Below are positions 28,729 to 39,519 of a stretch of DNA of 64,000 nucleotides, piece by piece. The stretch covers positions 1 through 64,000 of the forward strand of contig JBAYFL010000008.1 of the NCBI GenBank assembly GCA_041667205.1. Reading direction: 5' to 3'. How positions within the stretch are numbered: position 1 is the first letter of the stretch; every line of letters starts with the position of its first letter. The notes below the pieces were generated by a model. The model was given only the letters and a program-made list of their open reading frames with translations. It was not told where the DNA came from and made no database searches. A program made the position numbers and the translations under genes. The stretch is from Verrucomicrobiia bacterium (GTDB lineage: Bacteria; Verrucomicrobiota; Verrucomicrobiia; CAIQCK01).

Positions 28729-30361
28729 ACCGAACGGCAACGACGACGCCCTTGCCGCCGCGCTCGACAGTTACCTCGCGGAGTTGCAGGCGGGCCGCAA
28801 GCCAGATCGCGCGTCGTTCGTCGCGCGGCATCCGGAACTGGCGGCGATGCTTGATTGTGTTGAGGCGCTCGACCAACTCGCGCCGCCGCCTTCCAGCGCC
28901 CATGCCGAGACGATTGATTCGAGTTCCGACGGACAGCCGCCGCGACAATCACAACCCAAACCTCTTGCTGACTTCGACCGCTACGAGTTGCTGGGGGAAA
29001 TCGGCCGCGGTGGCATGGGCGTCGTTTACAAGGCGCGGCAGAAGGGACTCGACCGCGTCGTGGCGCTGAAGATCATTCTTGCCGGCCAGCTCGCGTCGCC
29101 GGAGGTTGTGCGCCGTTTTCTGGCCGAATCGCGCGCAGCGGCGCGGCTGCAACACCCGAACATCGTCCGCGTCTTCGAGGCCGGCGAGTTCCAAGGCCGC
29201 CACTTCTTCGCAATGGAGCACGTCGCCGGCTCCAACCTCGCCGCGCTGGCGAGCCGCGGGCCGCTCGATCCCGTGGACGCCGCGCGACTGGTCTGCACCG
29301 TCGCGCGCGCCGTGGAGCACCTGCATTCGCAGGGCATCGTCCACCGCGACTTGAAGCCGTCGAATATCCTGCTCGACGAGAAAGGCCAGCCGTTCGTCAC
29401 CGATTTCGGTCTGGCGAAGCTGCTCGACGCGCAGAGCCAGGTCACGCAGTCCGGCGTGATTGCCGGCACGCCGAGCTACATGCCGCCGGAGCAGGCGGCG
29501 GGGCGCACGGCGGAGGTCGGGCCACGCAGCGATGTTTACAGCCTCGGCGCGATCCTCTACGAACTGCTCGCCGGCCGGCCGCCGTTCCGCGCCGAGTCGC
29601 CGCTCGACACGCTGGTGCAGGTGATCGAGAGCGAGCCGACGCTGCTGCGCGACGTAAACCCGCGCGTGCCGCGCGAACTGGAACTGGTCTGCCTGCGCTG
29701 CTTGGAAAAATCCCCCGACGCACGTTATCCATCCGCGGCGGCGCTGGCCGACGACCTGGAGCGTTTCCTAAAAGGCGAGACGGTGGAAGCGCGGCCGCAA
29801 GGCGCATGGCACCAAGCGCGGCGTTGGGCGCGGCGCGAGCCGGCGCTGGCGTCGCGGCTGATCGGCCTCACCATTTGCGCGGTAGTCGCCCAAGTGAAAT
29901 ACTCGGCCGTCCACAACGTCCCACTGGAACTGCACGTCAATGTGATGACAACGCTGGCGGTGTGGATGCTGGTGTCGGTCGTCTGCCAATGGTTCCTGCG
30001 GAACGAACGCCGGGCTGGTATCGCGCGATTCGTCTGGGCCGGCGCCGACGTGCTGCTGCTCACGGCGGTGCTGAAGGTGGACGATGCGTTCCTCAGCCCG
30101 CTGATCGTCGGCTACCCAATGCTGGTGGTGGCGTCGGGGCTGTGGTTTCGCGTGCCGCTGGTGGCGTTTACGACGGTCATGGCCGCGCTCGTTTACAGCG
30201 CACTGGTGTTCGACAACTACTGCCGTGGCAACGGGCAAGGCCAGTGGAACTGGCACGCCATTTTCGTGGTGGCGCTGGCCATCATCGGATTTATCGTCGC
30301 CTACCAGGTCCGCCGCGTCCGCGCGCTCAGCCGGTTCTACGAAGGCCGTCCAGTGCCATAG
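28718..30361 (+). CDS. serine/threonine protein kinase with C-terminal multi-TM domain
   Basis: GRGGMGVVYKA...VALKII, HRDLKPSNILL, DFGLAK and APE (PPEQ) motifs. About 5 predicted TM helices in the C-terminal 180 aa. Confidence 0.88.
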   Translation: MAAEPNGNDDALAAALDSYLAELQAGRKPDRASFVARHPELAAMLDCVEALDQLAPPPSSAHAETIDSSSDGQPPRQSQPKPLADFDRYELLGEIGRGGMGVVYKARQKGLDRVVALKIILAGQLASPEVVRRFLAESRAAARLQHPNIVRVFEAGEFQGRHFFAMEHVAGSNLAALASRGPLDPVDAARLVCTVARAVEHLHSQGIVHRDLKPSNILLDEKGQPFVTDFGLAKLLDAQSQVTQSGVIAGTPSYMPPEQAAGRTAEVGPRSDVYSLGAILYELLAGRPPFRAESPLDTLVQVIESEPTLLRDVNPRVPRELELVCLRCLEKSPDARYPSAAALADDLERFLKGETVEARPQGAWHQARRWARREPALASRLIGLTICAVVAQVKYSAVHNVPLELHVNVMTTLAVWMLVSVVCQWFLRNERRAGIARFVWAGADVLLLTAVLKVDDAFLSPLIVGYPMLVVASGLWFRVPLVAFTTVMAALVYSALVFDNYCRGNGQGQWNWHAIFVVALAIIGFIVAYQVRRVRALSRFYEGRPVP

Positions 30362-31484
30362 GCGAAGGCGCAGACGACACGCCGAGTGCCTGGCGCAGGA
30401 CGGCGGCGATCCATTGCAGCTCGGCGACATCGCGGTCGGCGAGGAGACCGAATTTCCGGCCGGCGCGCGGATGAACCTGTAGCTCCATCACCGGCCGGTC
30501 GTTGACTTTTACCCCACTGGGGCCGACACAGATTGCGGCAAGTTCGTCGCGCGCCCATTCCTGTGTGCGCGCGCGGAAGAAACCAACGTGGGCAATACGG
30601 AGCCGGTCGGCCATCGCGTGGATCGTCGCCCGGCGCTGGCCCAACCTGAATGCCACAGCCAGAACGCCGACGACACCGGCAAAGAACAGCACGAGCAACC
30701 CGGTGATCGCTGCGACGACCGCCCACCAGATCACGCCGAAGATCAGGAGGGCCTTGTTGTCACGCCAAATACCGGTGGGCGGCACGGTGAGCGCAAAACC
30801 ATCCGGCTGCGGCTCCAGCGTCACATTGCTGCCGGCCGGCTGGTTCAGGTCATTTTGCTCCGCAATCGTTTCGCCGTAGCGCATCGGCTCGACGACGGTT
30901 TCAACGGTGACCTTGCCCGGTGCAAGGACGCGCCCGGGCGTAGCGAGGTTGCAACGGCAGGCCAGATCGTCGCCGAGCGCCTGCAACCACTCGCGCGGAT
31001 AACCGAGCGCGACAAGAAATGGCTTCGGTTTGCCACAAGCAGCATCCAGCGCCGCGAGGCTGCCGAGGAAACTTGGCGCGGTCGCCGGATCCGTCACGCG
31101 GACGTTGAACTGCCTGATGGCATCCGCCGGCTGGCGGCGCGACCAGCGAATCAGTCCCGCTAGCTCCGTCGTGCGCAACACGCCGTCGCGCAGTTCGATC
31201 TCACACTGGCCGATGAGCACAAACAAACCGACCGCCATCGGCGGAATACCGGCAAAGAAAAACGGCAGGCCAAAGAGCGCGAACAGGAAACCAAAAAGGT
31301 TGCCGTCGAGCGACGCCAGCACCATCCAGATGACCGCGAACAAGCTGAAACCCGCGCCAAAGCCGAGCGGCACCAAGCCGATGAACCGCAGCGGGCCGAT
31401 GGAGCGCCGCGGCAACTCGTAACGCACACCGCCACCGTGCAGCAGTTCGCGAACAACGATGGCCGCGGGCAACGGAGCGTTCAT
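30327..31484 (-). CDS. hypothetical polytopic membrane protein
   Basis: 385 aa with TM helices near both termini. No family recognised. It is convergent with the kinase gene. Confidence 0.5.
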   Translation of the reverse strand: MNAPLPAAIVVRELLHGGGVRYELPRRSIGPLRFIGLVPLGFGAGFSLFAVIWMVLASLDGNLFGFLFALFGLPFFFAGIPPMAVGLFVLIGQCEIELRDGVLRTTELAGLIRWSRRQPADAIRQFNVRVTDPATAPSFLGSLAALDAACGKPKPFLVALGYPREWLQALGDDLACRCNLATPGRVLAPGKVTVETVVEPMRYGETIAEQNDLNQPAGSNVTLEPQPDGFALTVPPTGIWRDNKALLIFGVIWWAVVAAITGLLVLFFAGVVGVLAVAFRLGQRRATIHAMADRLRIAHVGFFRARTQEWARDELAAICVGPSGVKVNDRPVMELQVHPRAGRKFGLLADRDVAELQWIAAVLRQALGVSSAPSPMALDGLRRTG

Positions 31485-31875
31485 GTCGAAGCGGAGGATA
31501 GCACCAAGCGCACGTTGTGTCTCGCTTCGTCAATCTTGTGCCATCATTCTCGGCATTGACCGATTCCTCGACATGTGCCGCACGACGCTCAACGTCACCG
31601 GCGACCTAGTCTGCGCAGTCGTCGCCGCCCGCGGCGAGCAGCAGCCGACGACGTAGCGACACGGCCAGCCCGGTCTCAGAAACTCCTGCAAGAACTGCAA
31701 GAACTGGAAGTTGCATTCTGCCATCGGCGCGTTATCCTCGCGCCTGTCATCACCGCAAGCTGCAAGCAGTCAGGGCCAGTGAAGCCGCCCGCGGACGCAA
31801 AGAATCGCAAAAACCAACCGCTCCGTGGCGCGTTGTCTTCCGACATCCGGACCGTTTGCAGCGCCACGAAAAGGA

Positions 31876-33168
31876 CAAATGAAGCTTCAAATCGGCCTCA
31901 GCCGGAAAATAGCCATCGGCTTTGCGTTGGCGCTGCTGATCTTGATGGCCATCGGCGCCGTGTCTTATCGCAGCACCGTCCAGTTCGCCGAGTCGGCCAA
32001 CATCGTGACCCGTTCCCATCGGGTCATCGCGAAGCTAGAGGCCACCCTCGGCGATTTGGCGAACGCCGAAAGCGAGGCACGTGGCTACGTTATCACCGGA
32101 GATGAAAGTTATCTCGGTCTCTATCGCCGGTTTGCCGCCGACGTCGAGACCAGTGTCGAACGACTGCGCGCGCTGGCGATGGATCCCGCCATCAAAGAAG
32201 GTATTGTGAACCTGGAAAGATTGGTTGAGCAGCGTCTCGCCAAGCTCAGGAAGAGCGTCGAGACACGCAAGCTGGAAGGCCTCGAGGCGGCGGGCAAACT
32301 GGCGGGGCCGGGCAAGAAACTGATGGACGAAGTGCGCCAGGCCGTTAACGATATCGAAGATCAGGAGAGAAAGCTGCTTGATGAACGCGACCGGCTTGCA
32401 AAGTCATTGGCCAGCCGCACCATCACGGTCGTCATCCTCGGCAGCTTGCTGGCCGTTCTAGTGGCGGCCGCGAGCACGATCGTTCTGACCTCGGACATTG
32501 CGCATCGGGAGCGACTGGAGAAAGAGGTCATGGAAATCAGCGAACGCGAACAACGCCGGATCGGCCAGGACTTGCACGACGGCCTGTGCCAGCGGCTCAC
32601 GGGCACCGCGTTGCTCAACCGCAGTCTTCAGCAAAAGCTCGTGGCCAAGTCCATGGCCGAAGCGGCTGAAGCGGGGCGTGTCACGGAATTGATCAACAAC
32701 AGCATCGAGGAGGCGCGTCGTATGACACGCGGTCTGCACCCGGTGCCGGACGAGCCTACGGGTCTGATGATTGCCCTGCGGGAACTGGCGGCTGGCACGC
32801 AGAGCCTGAGCAAGCTCGCCTGCCATTTCAACTGCCCCGAAGCGGTGGCCATCCCAGATCGAACGGCGGCCACGCACCTGTTTCGCATTGCTCAGGAAGC
32901 AACACAAAATGCCATGCGCCATGCGAAAGCCTCGAACATCACAATCTCTCTTCAGGCCGATGAGAACACGATTGCGCTGACGGTAAGCGATGACGGCTGC
33001 GGTTTGCCAGAGCATCGGCAGCGCAAAGGCATGGGTTTGGAGATTATGGACTACCGCGCCCGCGCCGTCGGTGCTACACTGGCCGTGCGGCGCGGTGAAG
33101 AGCGTGGCACCGTAATGTCCTGCACGTTGCCCAGAGACGCGTTCAGTCCGCGCGAAGCGACGTCATGA
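31876..33168 (+). CDS. CHASE3-domain sensor histidine kinase (HisKA_3/NarX-type)
   Basis: Start at the internal ATG (MKLQIGLSRKIAIGFALALLILMAIG). CHASE3-like periplasmic region, TM helix, H-box EQRRIGQDLHDGLCQRL (HisKA_3), and HATPase. ATGA overlap with the next gene. Confidence 0.78.
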   Translation, partial: QMKLQIGLSRKIAIGFALALLILMAIGAVSYRSTVQFAESANIVTRSHRVIAKLEATLGDLANAESEARGYVITGDESYLGLYRRFAADVETSVERLRALAMDPAIKEGIVNLERLVEQRLAKLRKSVETRKLEGLEAAGKLAGPGKKLMDEVRQAVNDIEDQERKLLDERDRLAKSLASRTITVVILGSLLAVLVAAASTIVLTSDIAHRERLEKEVMEISEREQRRIGQDLHDGLCQRLTGTALLNRSLQQKLVAKSMAEAAEAGRVTELINNSIEEARRMTRGLHPVPDEPTGLMIALRELAAGTQSLSKLACHFNCPEAVAIPDRTAATHLFRIAQEATQNAMRHAKASNITISLQADENTIALTVSDDGCGLPEHRQRKGMGLEIMDYRARAVGATLAVRRGEERGTVMSCTLPRDAFSPREATS

Positions 33169-33842
33169 GCCACAAGAAGCAAACCAAGGCCAAGAGACGG
33201 ATCTTGGTTGTTGACGACCATCCGTTGTTGCGGGAGGGCATCGCTCGACTTATTAACGATCAGCCCGACCTCGTGGTCAGTGGCGAAGCGGAAGACCGGG
33301 CTGGCGCTTTGGCGGTCATGGATGCCGCCAAGCCCGACTTGGCGGTGGTGGACATCTCACTTAAAGACCAAAACGGGTTGGAGCTGATCAAAGACTTCAG
33401 GGTGCAGTTCCCCAGTTTGCTAATACTGGCGCTCTCCGTGCATGATGAGTCCATCTACGCCGAGCGCGCCCTGCGCGCTGGCGCGCGCGGCTACGTCATG
33501 AAGCGCGAAGCTTCAGAGAAAGTGCTGGAAGCCATCCGCAGCGTGCTGGATGGCAACGTTTATATCAGCGACCGGATTGCGGCGGGCATTCTGGACAAGG
33601 TTACCGGCTATCCCGCGGGGCCGGTGCGCTCGGCGTTGGATGTTCTGAGCGACCGTGAAATGGAAGTGCTCATGTGGATCGGCAAAGGCTACGGTTCCAG
33701 CCAAATCTCCAAACATCTTCACATCAGCGTGAAGACCGTTGAGGCGCACCGGGCCAACATCAAGCTTAAGCTCAATCTTCCCTCCAGCAGCGAATTGCTC
33801 CAATGCGCCATTGGCTGGGCCCAGCACATGGGCGAAATCTGA
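33165..33842 (+). CDS. NarL/FixJ-family response regulator (REC + LuxR-type HTH)
   Basis: ILVVDDHPLLREG...LAVVDISLKD receiver plus a C-terminal LSDREMEVLMWIGKGYGSSQISKHLHISVKTVEAHRANIKLKL. Confidence 0.88.
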   Translation: MSHKKQTKAKRRILVVDDHPLLREGIARLINDQPDLVVSGEAEDRAGALAVMDAAKPDLAVVDISLKDQNGLELIKDFRVQFPSLLILALSVHDESIYAERALRAGARGYVMKREASEKVLEAIRSVLDGNVYISDRIAAGILDKVTGYPAGPVRSALDVLSDREMEVLMWIGKGYGSSQISKHLHISVKTVEAHRANIKLKLNLPSSSELLQCAIGWAQHMGEI

Positions 33843-33978
33843 CCGCGGACGTCGCTGCCGGATTGGGGCGGTAGGGGATCCTCCCTAGGATGGGTAGTGA
33901 AAATTCCCCAATCCGAAACGGGCGCGCCCCTCATTGTGCCGGGAGCGTGTCAGCCTGTAGCGTCTGGCAGTTAGAAAG

Positions 33979-34683
33979 ATGGAAGTCATGGCTTCAAAAG
34001 AAACTGCCGGCGTAGCGTCGAAGAAACGGGTGTTGCTGGTGGATGACCACGCGGTCGTTCGCATGGGATTGACCGGTTTGATCAACGTGGAACCCGATCT
34101 TGTGGTTTGCGGCGAGGCGGAGGACGAGAGCCAGGCGATCACCGCGGCCAAGGAACTCCAGCCCGATGTTGCGGTGGTGGACTGGTCGCTGAGGAACAGG
34201 GACGCCTCGGAATTGATCACAACTCTGTGCCACCAACACCCGCAATTGCCTGTGCTGGTGCTCTCCGTCCATGAGGAACATCTTTACGGCGAACAGGCCA
34301 TTCGCGCGGGCGCGCGAGCCTACATCATGAAGCATGAGGCCACCGAAAAGCTCATCGAAACAATCCGCCGTGTGGCCGCCGGCGAAGCCCTGCCGGGCCA
34401 AAAGGCAGCCGCGAAATCTTCAACAGCCGGCTTTGGCGAATGGCCGCCCGAGAAGGTCGCCTTGCTGAAAACACTGACGGAGACTGAAACGAACGCGCTG
34501 AGGCTGATTGCCAATGGTTACTCGTCCTCTCACATCGCGGAGTTGCTTGTGCTGCGCCTCAAAAACTTCAACGCACTACAAGAGAGTTTGAAAACCAAAC
34601 TGCGATTGAGCAGCACGGCCGAACTGTTCCAAACCGCGCCTCGTTGGGTTGCTGAATCGCATCGTGCGGCGCGCATGGGTTGA
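33979..34683 (+). CDS. NarL/FixJ-family response regulator (second, orphan copy)
   Basis: VLLVDDHAVVRMG...VAVVDWSL receiver plus a LuxR-like HTH (LTETETNALRLIANGYSSSHIAELL). Confidence 0.75.
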   Translation: MEVMASKETAGVASKKRVLLVDDHAVVRMGLTGLINVEPDLVVCGEAEDESQAITAAKELQPDVAVVDWSLRNRDASELITTLCHQHPQLPVLVLSVHEEHLYGEQAIRAGARAYIMKHEATEKLIETIRRVAAGEALPGQKAAAKSSTAGFGEWPPEKVALLKTLTETETNALRLIANGYSSSHIAELLVLRLKNFNALQESLKTKLRLSSTAELFQTAPRWVAESHRAARMG

Positions 34684-34749
34684 GCAACGCGCGCGCATCC
34701 CTAGAGGCTGCTAGGAGTTTTTCCTTAGAAAGGTTTAGGGGGCCGCCTA

Positions 34750-35277
34750 ATGGCGCATGCCGGCTTGGTGGCTCAAGATTGCAGTGTCATGAAAACCAAA
34801 TCTGAAAGCACTGATTGGAAGGAGAAGGGGCAATGCCACGGCGTGATCGTTCACGAAGACCTGCCGACAGAGTTGCGCGCCAAGAGACTGTGGAGCCAAC
34901 TCGTCCACGACATGGGACAGGGCGTGCGATGCGACGCTACGTATCAGCCCGCCGAGCGGATCAAAGAGTTGTTGGACTTCAACCAAGCCGGTCTGACTGA
35001 CATCGTGATCGTTTCCGTGCATGACCTCGCCCGGTTCTTTTTTGGAGCAGCGGGATGGTTGAACGATTGGCTGAACGCCAAGTCCTGCCTGCCGCGCGCA
35101 TTGTTCGTCCTCCACGACGGGAAAGAGGACAACCAAGCGGTTGGATTCCTACGAGCGATTTCCGAATCCGCCGGCGTAACCTTGTTTAGCCGCGGCCGCG
35201 AAGTCGGCAACGACCCGCCTCTCAGCAATTCGAAACATGACCGTCGGCGGGCGGAAGATCTGGCGTTGGCGTCGTAG
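34750..35277 (+). CDS. hypothetical protein
   Basis: Open frame with no recognisable motif. The start may instead be the internal ATG at 34789. Confidence 0.3.
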   Translation: MAHAGLVAQDCSVMKTKSESTDWKEKGQCHGVIVHEDLPTELRAKRLWSQLVHDMGQGVRCDATYQPAERIKELLDFNQAGLTDIVIVSVHDLARFFFGAAGWLNDWLNAKSCLPRALFVLHDGKEDNQAVGFLRAISESAGVTLFSRGREVGNDPPLSNSKHDRRRAEDLALAS

Positions 35278-35330
35278 CAGGCGGCAGTAAGGGAAATCAA
35301 GACATGAGGCCGATCCCCTGCCACATCAAA

Positions 35331-36077
35331 ATGCCCAGGCGCGGTTTCACCCTGGTTGAGTTGATGACCGTGACTGCCATCATCGGTGTTCTGTCCGGAA
35401 TCCTGGTTGCCGGCGCTGGATATCTTCAGCAAAGGGCACTGAGATCGCGCACCTTGGCCACTCTTGCGCAGGTTTCCACGGCCATAGAGATGTTCCATGC
35501 AGACAAGGGCGGGTATCCACCGGATTTCACCTGCACAACAGATAGCAATGTGCTCATAGCCAACCAGTATGTCTGGCCTTGCGAAGCCCTGTGGTTCTGG
35601 TTGGAGTATTGGGGGCCGCATCAGCAGTATCCCAAGCAACCCTACCTTCATTTCAAGCGCGACCAAGTGATAGCGGGCGAGACCAAGATCCATGCACGGT
35701 ATGATCAGTCTGCCTGCAAGTATCACCGGATCGTTGACGCGTGGGGTAACCCGATGAACTACAAGAGTGCCAACGGAAACAGCTACAGGTTCACCGACGG
35801 CAACTACGTGCCGCGCCAGAACCGGCAGAGTTACGACTTGTGTTCCTACGGCGCGGATAACACCACCTGGAAAGATATGGAAAAGCCATTCGATCGCCAG
35901 AAAGAACTGAGGCTCGATCAGATGACAACAGTGGTCCACTACAACGGGCGGGATCATGGTCAGATACCCAACTATCTATTCAAGCCTTTCGACACCCAAG
36001 TTTCCGCCGGCGGCAAGATGAAGCTTTGTTTCGCCGGTGCAGACAACGACGACATCAACAACTGGCAACGGCGATGA
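35331..36077 (+). CDS. prepilin-type N-terminal cleavage/methylation domain protein (type II secretion / type IV pilin-like pseudopilin)
   Basis: MPRRG|FTLVELMTVTAIIGVLSGILV is a classic class III signal peptide. Start chosen at 35331 to give a short leader. Confidence 0.8.
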   Translation: MPRRGFTLVELMTVTAIIGVLSGILVAGAGYLQQRALRSRTLATLAQVSTAIEMFHADKGGYPPDFTCTTDSNVLIANQYVWPCEALWFWLEYWGPHQQYPKQPYLHFKRDQVIAGETKIHARYDQSACKYHRIVDAWGNPMNYKSANGNSYRFTDGNYVPRQNRQSYDLCSYGADNTTWKDMEKPFDRQKELRLDQMTTVVHYNGRDHGQIPNYLFKPFDTQVSAGGKMKLCFAGADNDDINNWQRR

Positions 36078-36338
36078 TTCAACACTTGATGCGCTTGGAG
36101 GATTTCCATTTGACACCAATCGGCGTCATCTTGGGCGGCAGGGAAACGCCTCTTATTGCCTCTATCCGCTTCTCAACATCTCCATCGCAGTTCCTCCACC
36201 GCCGGTTCAACGAACACAAATGGAGACGGCTGCAATCATGGTGGCCAACAAGCTTGGCAGACCATCACGCGCCGCACCCTGTCTTCACCGTGCGCCGGCG
36301 GCAGTCCCGGAACGGTGCCTAGCCAAACAAAGGATTTC

Positions 36339-38534
36339 ATGAGGTTGGTTATCGTATCAAACAGGCTTCCATTCACGATCGCTGAGAACGATGGCGTTCT
36401 AACACATGTGCCCAGTCCGGGCGGTGTGGCGACAGGGCTGGGGGCATACCTGGCATCGCCACGGGAAGGCAGGGTATTCAAGGAAAGCCTCTGGGCCGGT
36501 TGGCCGGGATGGTCGGGAGCTGAAAACAGGGCTCCCGATGTTCAAAAACGCGCGCTCGAACTCGGCGCGGCTCCCGTGTTCGTCAGTGAGGTTGCGATGG
36601 ACGGTTTCTATCACGGGTTTTGCAACAAGACCCTCTGGCCGCTGTTTCATTGTTTTCCCACTTACGCGACATACGAAGAGTCGTTCTGGGAATCCTATCG
36701 GGCCGTCAATGAGACGTTTTGCGAGCAGCTTTCAAAGGTTCTCAAACCGGACGATATGGTCTGGGTGCATGATTACCAGTTGATGCTTCTGCCAAGGTTG
36801 CTGCGGAAACGCATGGAAGACCTGTCCATCGGTTTCTTCCTCCACATACCATTCCCGCCGCGGGAGGTTTACCAGTTACTGCCCCACAGTTGGAGGACGG
36901 AGATACTGGAGGGGGTGATGGGCGCCGATCTGGTGGGATTTCACACCAACGATTACGCCCAGAATTTTTTGCAGTCCGTTCTCCGGTTCCTGGGACACGA
37001 CCATGCCGTAGGCACCATTGTGGCCGGAGATCGCCCGGTCAAAGTGGATACGTTTCCCATGGGTATAGATGTTCAGAAGTATTACGACGCGGCGCTTTCG
37101 GATGGGGCGGTCATCGCGCAAAACGAACTGCGGAAGTCACTTGGCCAATACCGCCTGATTCTCTCCGTGGACAGGCTGGATTACACCAAGGGCATCTTGA
37201 ATCGCCTGGAGGGATTTGAACGGTTCCTGGAAAAGAACCCGCGATGGCATAAACAGGTTGTGCTGGTTCTCATCGTTGTGCCGTCGCGCATCGGTGTGGA
37301 CAACTATCAACTGATGAAGCAACGGATTGACGAAATCGTGGGCCGGATCAACGGGAAATACGGCGCTGTCGGCTGGGTGCCGATTCATTACCAGTTTGCA
37401 GCGCTGGATCTTGACCATCTGGCCAGTCTGTATCGCGTATGTGATGTCGCTTTGGTGACGCCCTTGCGCGATGGCATGAACCTGATAGCCAAGGAGTATG
37501 TGGCGTCCTGCACCGACGGAAGCGGCGTGTTGATTCTGAGCGAGTTGGCGGGTGCCTCAAAGGAGCTTGGCGAGGCGATCCTGATCAACCCGAACTACCG
37601 GGAGGAGATCGCCCATGCGATCGCCGAAGCCCTGGCGATGTCGGCCGATGAGCAGCGCTCGCGTATTGAAATCATGCAGGAACGACTGCGTGAGTATGAT
37701 GTCTTCAAGTGGGCGGACGATTTCATCCGGCAACAGCTCGTCATGAGCGAGGCGCGCGGTCGTTATCGCGCACGGGTCCTAAACGCCTCGGCGCGCAAGC
37801 AGATTGTCGAACGATTCAAGGCCGCTTCTTCCCGCATCGTGTTCACGGACTACGATGGCACGCTGGTGCCGTTCACCGGGGCGCCCCAATTGGCGAAGCC
37901 GGATTCATCACTGGTGGAACTGCTCACGCGGCTGGCCGAGCATCCGCAGACGACGGTGGCCCTGGTAAGCGGGCGCGACAAAGTGACATTGGAGCAATGG
38001 TTTGGAATGCTGCCAATCGCCTTGATCGCAGAACATGGCGCATGGGTGCGCGAAGCGAACGGTCCATGGCAGATGCTCAAACGACCTGATCCAGCTTGGC
38101 GCAAGAACGTCCTTGCCATGATGCAAAGGCATGTGGTCCGTCTGCCAGGTTCGTTCATCGAGGAGAAGGAATTCTCGGCGGTCTGGCACTACCGCAGGGC
38201 CGACCCCGACCTTGCCAAGGTCCGGGCCGGCGAGTTGATGGACGAGTTGATTTCCTTTACCGCCAACGCTGACGTGCAAGTTCTGCGAGGAAGCAAAGTG
38301 GTGGAAATACGGGAAGGTGGTGTCTCCAAAGGACGGGCAGCAGCACATGTTCTCGCGCAGCATCCCTCCGAATTCGTGCTGGCCGCCGGCGACGACTGGA
38401 CCGACGAGGACCTCTTCAAAGCCATGCCGAAACATGCCTACACGATCAAGGTGGGAGTGTTACCGTCGCGGGCGCGTTATTTCATTCGTCAATATCGGGA
38501 CGCCCGAAAATTGATGGAAGATATCATCCAATGA
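36339..38534 (+). CDS. otsAB: bifunctional trehalose-6-phosphate synthase / trehalose-6-phosphate phosphatase (OtsA-OtsB fusion)
   Basis: N-terminal GT20 domain ([12 protein letters not shown]..., [23 protein letters not shown]), then a C-terminal HAD phosphatase domain ([13 protein letters not shown], ...[12 protein letters not shown]). Start at the internal ATG at 36339. Confidence 0.85.
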   Translation: MRLVIVSNRLPFTIAENDGVLTHVPSPGGVATGLGAYLASPREGRVFKESLWAGWPGWSGAENRAPDVQKRALELGAAPVFVSEVAMDGFYHGFCNKTLWPLFHCFPTYATYEESFWESYRAVNETFCEQLSKVLKPDDMVWVHDYQLMLLPRLLRKRMEDLSIGFFLHIPFPPREVYQLLPHSWRTEILEGVMGADLVGFHTNDYAQNFLQSVLRFLGHDHAVGTIVAGDRPVKVDTFPMGIDVQKYYDAALSDGAVIAQNELRKSLGQYRLILSVDRLDYTKGILNRLEGFERFLEKNPRWHKQVVLVLIVVPSRIGVDNYQLMKQRIDEIVGRINGKYGAVGWVPIHYQFAALDLDHLASLYRVCDVALVTPLRDGMNLIAKEYVASCTDGSGVLILSELAGASKELGEAILINPNYREEIAHAIAEALAMSADEQRSRIEIMQERLREYDVFKWADDFIRQQLVMSEARGRYRARVLNASARKQIVERFKAASSRIVFTDYDGTLVPFTGAPQLAKPDSSLVELLTRLAEHPQTTVALVSGRDKVTLEQWFGMLPIALIAEHGAWVREANGPWQMLKRPDPAWRKNVLAMMQRHVVRLPGSFIEEKEFSAVWHYRRADPDLAKVRAGELMDELISFTANADVQVLRGSKVVEIREGGVSKGRAAAHVLAQHPSEFVLAAGDDWTDEDLFKAMPKHAYTIKVGVLPSRARYFIRQYRDARKLMEDIIQ

Positions 38535-38599
38535 ACGACGGGGCGCTCCGGTGCTCATAACCCACTTTGGCGTGTGTGGCCGGTAGAGAAGCCCGTAGT

Positions 38600-39481
38600 T
38601 CAGTAGGTGCGTTTCAGCAGGTAATCCGCCAGCGCACGCAATGCCTCACCGGCTTTTCCAAAACGCGCGACCGCTTTCAGCGTGGACGCCGTCCAGCGCG
38701 CGGCTTCAGCGCGCGATTTCTCCAAGCCGAGCAGCGACGGGTAGGTGGCTTTGTTCGCCTTCGCGTCCTTGCCGGCGGTCTTGCCGAGTTGCTCGGTCGT
38801 GGCGGTGCAGTCGAGGATGTCGTCAATGATCTGAAAAGCGACGCCGAGGCCGTGGCCGTAGGCGGTGACCGCCTTGAGCTGCGCGGTCGTGGCGTTGCCG
38901 GCCATCGCACCGAGCCGGACGCAGGTGCGGATCAACGCCGCCGTCTTGCGCTCGTGGATGTAGCGAAGGTCGTCGAAGCTCACCGCGCGGTTCTCGCCTT
39001 CGAGGTCTTCCACCTGTCCGGCGATCAGCTCCAGGCTGCCGCCGGCTCGCGCCAGTTCCAGCACGAACCTCACCGTTGGATGGCGCGGCTGCGGTTTGGT
39101 CTGAGCGATAATCTCGAACGCCTGCGTCAGCAAGCCGTCGCCGGCGAGGATGGCGATGCCTTCGCCAAAGACTTTGTGCGACGTCGGCTTGCCGCGGCGG
39201 AAATCGTCGTTGTCCATCGCCGGCAGGTCGTCGTGGATGAGCGAGTAGGTGTGGACCATCTCGACGGCGCAGGCCGACGGCAGCGCGTTCTTGATCTTGC
39301 CGCCGACCGCTTCGCACGCGGCGAGCACCAGGATCGGCCGCAGCCGCTTGCCGCCGGCTTGGAGGGAGTAGCGCATCGCCTTGTGGATCGTGGTGGGCCG
39401 CGTTTGTTCCGATGGCAGCGCGCGATCCAACGCGGCATCCACCAGCCGCAGGCGTTCATCTAAATAGCTTTTCAGTTCCAT
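38600..39481 (-). CDS. polyprenyl diphosphate synthase (FPP/GGPP synthase, IspA-like)
   Basis: First Asp-rich motif LIHDDLPAMDNDDFRRGKPT and second motif FQIIDDILD. Start at the internal ATG at 39481. Confidence 0.85.
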   Translation of the reverse strand: MELKSYLDERLRLVDAALDRALPSEQTRPTTIHKAMRYSLQAGGKRLRPILVLAACEAVGGKIKNALPSACAVEMVHTYSLIHDDLPAMDNDDFRRGKPTSHKVFGEGIAILAGDGLLTQAFEIIAQTKPQPRHPTVRFVLELARAGGSLELIAGQVEDLEGENRAVSFDDLRYIHERKTAALIRTCVRLGAMAGNATTAQLKAVTAYGHGLGVAFQIIDDILDCTATTEQLGKTAGKDAKANKATYPSLLGLEKSRAEAARWTASTLKAVARFGKAGEALRALADYLLKRTY

Positions 39482-39519
39482 GCTGATTCCTGAATTCGAT
39501 TTTTTCCGGGGCGCGCTGT

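Noticed and set aside
34944-35957. 337-aa minus ORF overlapping the pseudopilin gene
   Set aside because: The + strand product has an unmistakable prepilin signal. The minus frame is featureless.
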